A program made the translations under genes and the position numbers. A stretch of DNA of 64,000 bases from Rhodospirillaceae bacterium (GTDB lineage Bacteria > Pseudomonadota > Alphaproteobacteria > Rhodospirillales > UBA2165), in NCBI GenBank assembly GCA_038127535.1, contig JAYPHU010000011.1:33560-97559 (forward strand). The letters are read 5' to 3'. Below the pieces are notes generated by a model. It was not told the origin of the DNA and made no database searches. It worked only from the letters and a program-made list of their open reading frames with translations. Of the stretch, positions 57,072-64,000 are shown piece by piece. Every line of letters starts with the position of its first letter. The first letter of the stretch is position 1.

Positions 57072-58274
57072 TTACTCCGCCGCAGGCGAGGACTCCGCTC
57101 GCCGGTTGATGATGGAGAGCCACGCGCTGGCGGTCAAAACGATTAGCACCATCGGCAGCACGCCGTAGTTGACCCAGGTCCAGCCCATAAAGTGATAAAG
57201 CGTGCCCGAGAACAGCGCCGACAAAGCCATGCCGGTAAAAACGATAAAATCGTTAGTGCCCTGAACTTTGGCCCGTTCGGACGGCGTATGCACCTGGGTC
57301 AATAGTTTGGTCCCGCCGGTGAAGGCAAAATTCCAACCGACTCCCAGCAGGAACAGGGATATCCAGAAATAGGTGAGAGAGTCGCCATTGAGAGCGACAA
57401 TGATCGCCAGGAGTTGCAGGATCGCGCCAGTCATAATGATTTTCAAGACCCCGAACCGGTTGATCAACGAGCCTGTGAAAAAGCCGGGTGCAAACATGCC
57501 AACCACATGCCATTCGATTACGAATGCTGTGTCGTTGAAGTCGAATCCGCCGCCGACCTTCATGGCAATGGGCGTTGCCGTCATCATGAAATTCATCGCC
57601 GTATAGCCGAATAGGGCAGAGAGCACCGCCACGATCGCCGTGGGCTGCCTGAATATCTCACCTAGGGGTCTGCCGTTGTCTTCATATTCTAGCCGGCTCA
57701 ATTTGGGGATATCGACCCCTAAAACGGCAAACCCGGTGGCCAGGGTAAACATCATCAGCGCGGTGAACGCGCCTGCGAACTCCACAGCGAACAGGTCTTT
57801 CGTGAGTTTCGCCGATTCCGGTCCGACGAATGCCCCGACCACACCGGCGGCCAAAACCCATGAAATGGCTTTGGCCTTGAAATAGTCCGGCGCCGCGTCC
57901 GCAACGGCAAAACGGTATTGCTGGGCCGCACCGGAATACAGACCGAACACAAATATACCGGTGTTAAAAAGCCAAAAGTCGTTCTGGTTCACCCCATAAA
58001 TACAGACCGCCGCGCCGGCGGCGCCGATCATCGACATGATAAAGAAGCCCCACTTCCGCCCGCTCCGGCGCATCAGGTAGGCGGACGGAATTGTACTCCC
58101 CGCCGTCCCGACAAGCATCAGCGTGATCGGCAAGGTGACCAGGGTCAGGTCGTCACCCAGCATGTTGACCCCCACCAAGGCCGCCGACAGGAAAGTGAGG
58201 CTACGGGCGCTGTTGAATATCGCCTGGCAGACTGCCAGGACCCAAACGTTTCTCATGTCGCGAGAGGAGGCCAT
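57072..58274 (-). CDS. MFS transporter
   Basis: 12 TM segments, with motif A 'MRRSGRKWG'. Confidence 0.8.
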   Translation of the reverse strand: MASSRDMRNVWVLAVCQAIFNSARSLTFLSAALVGVNMLGDDLTLVTLPITLMLVGTAGSTIPSAYLMRRSGRKWGFFIMSMIGAAGAAVCIYGVNQNDFWLFNTGIFVFGLYSGAAQQYRFAVADAAPDYFKAKAISWVLAAGVVGAFVGPESAKLTKDLFAVEFAGAFTALMMFTLATGFAVLGVDIPKLSRLEYEDNGRPLGEIFRQPTAIVAVLSALFGYTAMNFMMTATPIAMKVGGGFDFNDTAFVIEWHVVGMFAPGFFTGSLINRFGVLKIIMTGAILQLLAIIVALNGDSLTYFWISLFLLGVGWNFAFTGGTKLLTQVHTPSERAKVQGTNDFIVFTGMALSALFSGTLYHFMGWTWVNYGVLPMVLIVLTASAWLSIINRRAESSPAAE

Positions 58275-58603
58275 GCAAATTGGACTTAAACCACGCTTTA
58301 GGCACTAGCAAGCACTAGAGGACCGTCCGCCGAAATATAATCTCATCTGAGATGAAAACGCCTTTTCCCGTTGGCCAGATTCGCCGGTTTTAACCACAAT
58401 ATATGGGATTTATCGGAAGAACGTGTTTAGCGGAATTTCATTAAATTTAATTGTTTTATATCAATAATTTATCGGCCTAAATTTGGCCGAAATTGGGGCT
58501 TGCGCAAGTTGTCCGAACCCCCAAATTTTGCTATAAAAATAACTGATTTTTAGATGCGTGGAGACGCTCAAAAATCACCCGAAAACGACCTGGTATAGAG
58601 CTT

Positions 58604-61552
<2,949 letters not shown>

Positions 61553-61561
61553 AACGTCCTC

Positions 61562-62077
61562 ATGACGAAAAAAATCGGTATTTACCCCGGCACGTTTGAT
61601 CCTGTGACCAATGGACACATGGACATCATCACCCGTGCGACGAAGGTGGTGGACAAACTGATCGTCGGTGTCGCCATCAACGCCGGCAAGGGGCCGTTGT
61701 TCTCCCTCGATGAGCGGGTGGAGATGGTCCGCGACGAAATTGCAGCTATGAAGGACACCAATGACTGCGAGGTCGAGGTTCGGCCGTTTGAGGGCCTGCT
61801 GACCGCGTTTGCCGCCAATGCCGGCGCCTCGTTGATTGTTCGGGGGTTGCGCGCCGTCTCCGATTTCGAATACGAGTTCCAGATGACCGGCATGAACGCC
61901 CAGCTCAACCCGGATATCGAGACCGTCTTCCTGATGGCGTCCGAGGGGCAGCAGTTCATCTCGTCCCGTCTGGTCAAGGAGATCGGTATGCTGGGCGGCG
62001 ATATCAGCCACTTTGTCAGTCCCCGGGTCCGCGAACGCACCCTGCACCAGTTCGGCAAGGACCAAGCGGCGGAATAA
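61562..62077 (+). CDS. coaD: pantetheine-phosphate adenylyltransferase
   Basis: 'IGIYPGTFDPVTNGHMDII' and 'RGLRAVSDFEYE' are present. Confidence 0.93.
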   Translation: MTKKIGIYPGTFDPVTNGHMDIITRATKVVDKLIVGVAINAGKGPLFSLDERVEMVRDEIAAMKDTNDCEVEVRPFEGLLTAFAANAGASLIVRGLRAVSDFEYEFQMTGMNAQLNPDIETVFLMASEGQQFISSRLVKEIGMLGGDISHFVSPRVRERTLHQFGKDQAAE

Positions 62078-62163
62078 ACGCCTCATTCCCGTATTGACCG
62101 GGGGGGAACACCTCCCTATGTTGCGCTCCGTCCATTCGGACATCTAGCCGGCATGACGGCTTC

Positions 62164-62239
62164 GGGTGCATAGCTCAGGTGGTAGAGCAGCTGCCTTTTA
62201 AGCAGCGGGTCCTAGGTTCGAGTCCTAGTGCACCCACCA
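62164..62239 (+). tRNA. tRNA-Lys (anticodon UUU), CCA encoded
   Basis: Folded by hand into a 76-nt cloverleaf. Acceptor GGGTGCA/TGCACCC, D arm GCTC-AGGTGGTA-GAGC, anticodon stem GCTGC/GCAGC with loop CTTTTAA, T arm CTAGG-TTCGAGT-CCTAG. Confidence 0.9.
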
Positions 62240-62671
62240 ACAGTATCAATGACTTAAGTGTCATTTTTCAGGTTTTGTCCCTGTAGTTTAAAAATAATTG
62301 CCACGTTTATTGCTACGTTGAGTGCGCAAGCTTGTATCCTCAGCACCCCCCTTTGGGTCGAGGGGGTGCCTTTGTCAGGCGGCTACGGGCTATATTCTGC
62401 GCGCTCTATTTTCAAAATTTCACAAAACTAGGTGGGTAACCTGTTTATCGCCCTAGGTCCGCTAACCGATTCTTAGCCGAAGTCATTTAGCAGGCTGATT
62501 GACTTCTGAGATTAGCCAAATACGGACATTGGAATTCAAAATAAACCATGGCTTCGCGAAAATTTGCTCGGCTATAACAGAACGTCAACGGACCACGCGG
62601 GGCAAACGCCTAGTGTTCTGTTGATAGACAGAAGGCAAAATTTTAAAACCTATTTACACAAGTGAAAGGTT

Positions 62672-63169
62672 TCAACTCCATCCAATGTTGCTTAGGATTT
62701 TTTCGACTATTTCCGGCGGTGAACTGGAGATCGAAATAGTTAAAGCGCCTTTTGGTTCTTCCAAGTCAATCATCTGTGAATCAAGAAGTTTTGCTGGCAT
62801 GAAATGTCCCTCTCGACACGCCAACCGTTTAGCAATTTCTTTCTTGTTTCCCTTCAAATAGACCAAATGGAAATTATCGCATCCGAGAATCTTTCTGTAT
62901 GAGCCTTTTAAAGCTGAGCAAGCGATCACTAGTTTACTCGGCCCCGGATGATCGCGGATTTGACGTGAAATTTCAATAAGCCAACGGTGTCTATCAGCAT
63001 CAGTTAGTGGAATGCCTCTTTTCATTTTTTCAATATTGTGGCCCGAATGGAAGTCATCGCCGTCCATAAATGTGCCACCGATGGAATTTGCGAGTAGTTT
63101 TCCAACAGTCGTTTTGCCGGCACCGGCCACGCCCATAATAAGCAAGCAATCTAAATTGATTTTTGGCAT
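62672..63169 (-). CDS. gluconokinase (GntK/IdnK family P-loop kinase)
   Basis: 'IMGVAGAGKTTVG', 'MDGDDFHSGHNIEKMKRGIPLTDADRHRWL', 'ACSALK' and 'LKGNKKEIAKRLACREGHFMPAKLL' are present. Codon usage is AT-rich. Confidence 0.85.
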   Translation of the reverse strand: MPKINLDCLLIMGVAGAGKTTVGKLLANSIGGTFMDGDDFHSGHNIEKMKRGIPLTDADRHRWLIEISRQIRDHPGPSKLVIACSALKGSYRKILGCDNFHLVYLKGNKKEIAKRLACREGHFMPAKLLDSQMIDLEEPKGALTISISSSPPEIVEKILSNIGWS

Positions 63170-63383
63170 TGGCAGTTCAATCTAATTGTTCGCAAACAAT
63201 CTATAATGTTCGTCCCAAAGGAATAAGACATAATATCATCGGGCTGCTTTGGGTCATGAGCTGATGTCGGGATTAGGCCCTAGTTTCGTCCGCTTAAAGG
63301 CCCTTATTTGCCGTTTGGAAGGATAGGTTACGTTTTATAAATGCGTCTTTGGTAATGAAAGTACGGTCTGCGGAGAGGTTTAA

Positions 63384-63731
63384 ATGAAACGCGCCTTATC
63401 AATAGCCATTACCGCTACTGTCCTCCTTGGGGCTGCAGCCGCCCTTTTTCACCCCGGCAATGCAGCCATCCCTCTCGTCCAAGCAGCAGAGGGGCCATTC
63501 AAGGTTCGGCCTCCTAAACGAGCCTATTCCATTTCCCCTGGTGATTATGATTACGTGATAGACCAACTAGCGATCCCCTATATCAAAGATAAGAAAATCA
63601 GGGATGACTATGCCAAAACGCATTGGTGCTGGACACTGGCAATGGATTATCTGCAGCACAACCCTGAACCTGATCCCGCGTTACTGAAGAAACGTGCAGA
63701 GAGACTGGTCGCACGTTACCGGCAAGATTAG
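63384..63731 (+). CDS. hypothetical exported protein whose N-terminus resembles the TM-proximal module of the SPOR protein at the window start
   Basis: A signal/TM segment is followed by 'IPLVQAAEGPFKVRP', compared with 'IPLVKAPEGTIKVRP' at 99-143. The rest is unrecognised. Confidence 0.4.
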   Translation: MKRALSIAITATVLLGAAAALFHPGNAAIPLVQAAEGPFKVRPPKRAYSISPGDYDYVIDQLAIPYIKDKKIRDDYAKTHWCWTLAMDYLQHNPEPDPALLKKRAERLVARYRQD

Positions 63732-63762
63732 GTGTTGCGCAGGGGCAGGGCGCAACCATGTG

Positions 63763-64000
63763 ATGGTTGTTGCGGACAGTTGTTATTCGGGGACCTTGAC
63801 GCGTGGCTTGCGGGTTGAGCTTACGCCAGGGGACTATATACGAAGGGTAACGCCTAAGCGCGCCCGGATGGTTATCTCATCAGGCGGTCTTGAGCCTGTT
63901 GAGGACAAGGGTAAGGCGGGACATTCCCCGTTTGCATCAGCCTTGCTGTCGACGTTGAAGGACACGACTGACGTCATCACGGGGACGGACTTGTTTAAGA
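63763..64000 (+). pseudogene. caspase (peptidase C14) domain fragment, C-terminal half only, running off the window
   Basis: 'VVADSCYSGTLTR' (catalytic Cys context) and 'MVISSGGLEPVEDKGKAGHSPFASALL' are present. The frame opens only at 63688, so the His-containing N-terminal half of the domain is absent. Confidence 0.5.

Overview
This window looks like an alphaproteobacterial chromosome segment of roughly 60% G+C. It carries three well-known housekeeping synteny blocks. Block 1 (1-12.3 kb) is SPOR protein, nagZ, M50 protease, scpA, scpB, tatABC, serS, surE, pcm and an LysM/M23 lipoprotein. Block 2 (17.4-21.9 kb) is a DUF815-type ATPase, yajC, secD, secF and an Mth938-like gene, with the NDUFAF6-like squalene/phytoene-synthase homolog and trmFO displaced to 29.5-34.3 kb. 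Block 3 (47.4-62.2 kb) is msrA, uvrA, ssb, gyrA, coaD and tRNA-Lys(UUU). Small accessory inserts sit between and inside these blocks. They include a hypothetical gene plus a degenerate receiver gene between scpB and tatA, and a NicX-like dioxygenase/hydrolase pair. There is also a glycosyltransferase/methyltransferase islet with an orphan flagellar-rod-like gene, a lower-GC DCC/FAD-oxidoreductase/SDR islet, and a low-GC island after tRNA-Lys that holds a caspase fragment. The most system-like locus is at 38.2-47.3 kb. It combines a PhnW-type 2-aminoethylphosphonate transaminase, three paralogous CDP-alcohol phosphatidyltransferases, a porin, an MMPL/RND (HpnN-like) exporter, a UPF0104 flippase-like (HpnL-like) membrane protein and a MlaC/HpnM-like periplasmic lipid binder. 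I read this as a candidate polar-lipid (possibly phosphonolipid) synthesis and envelope-export module that I cannot match to a described pathway. A second recurring signal is that several accessory genes keep one intact, protein-like reading frame across in-frame stop codons, four of the five being TAG. A TfoX-like gene carries two compensating homopolymer indels. No CRISPR arrays, rRNA genes, transposases or integrases were seen. All functional calls rest on reading the translated ORFs and recognising motifs, because no searches could be run.
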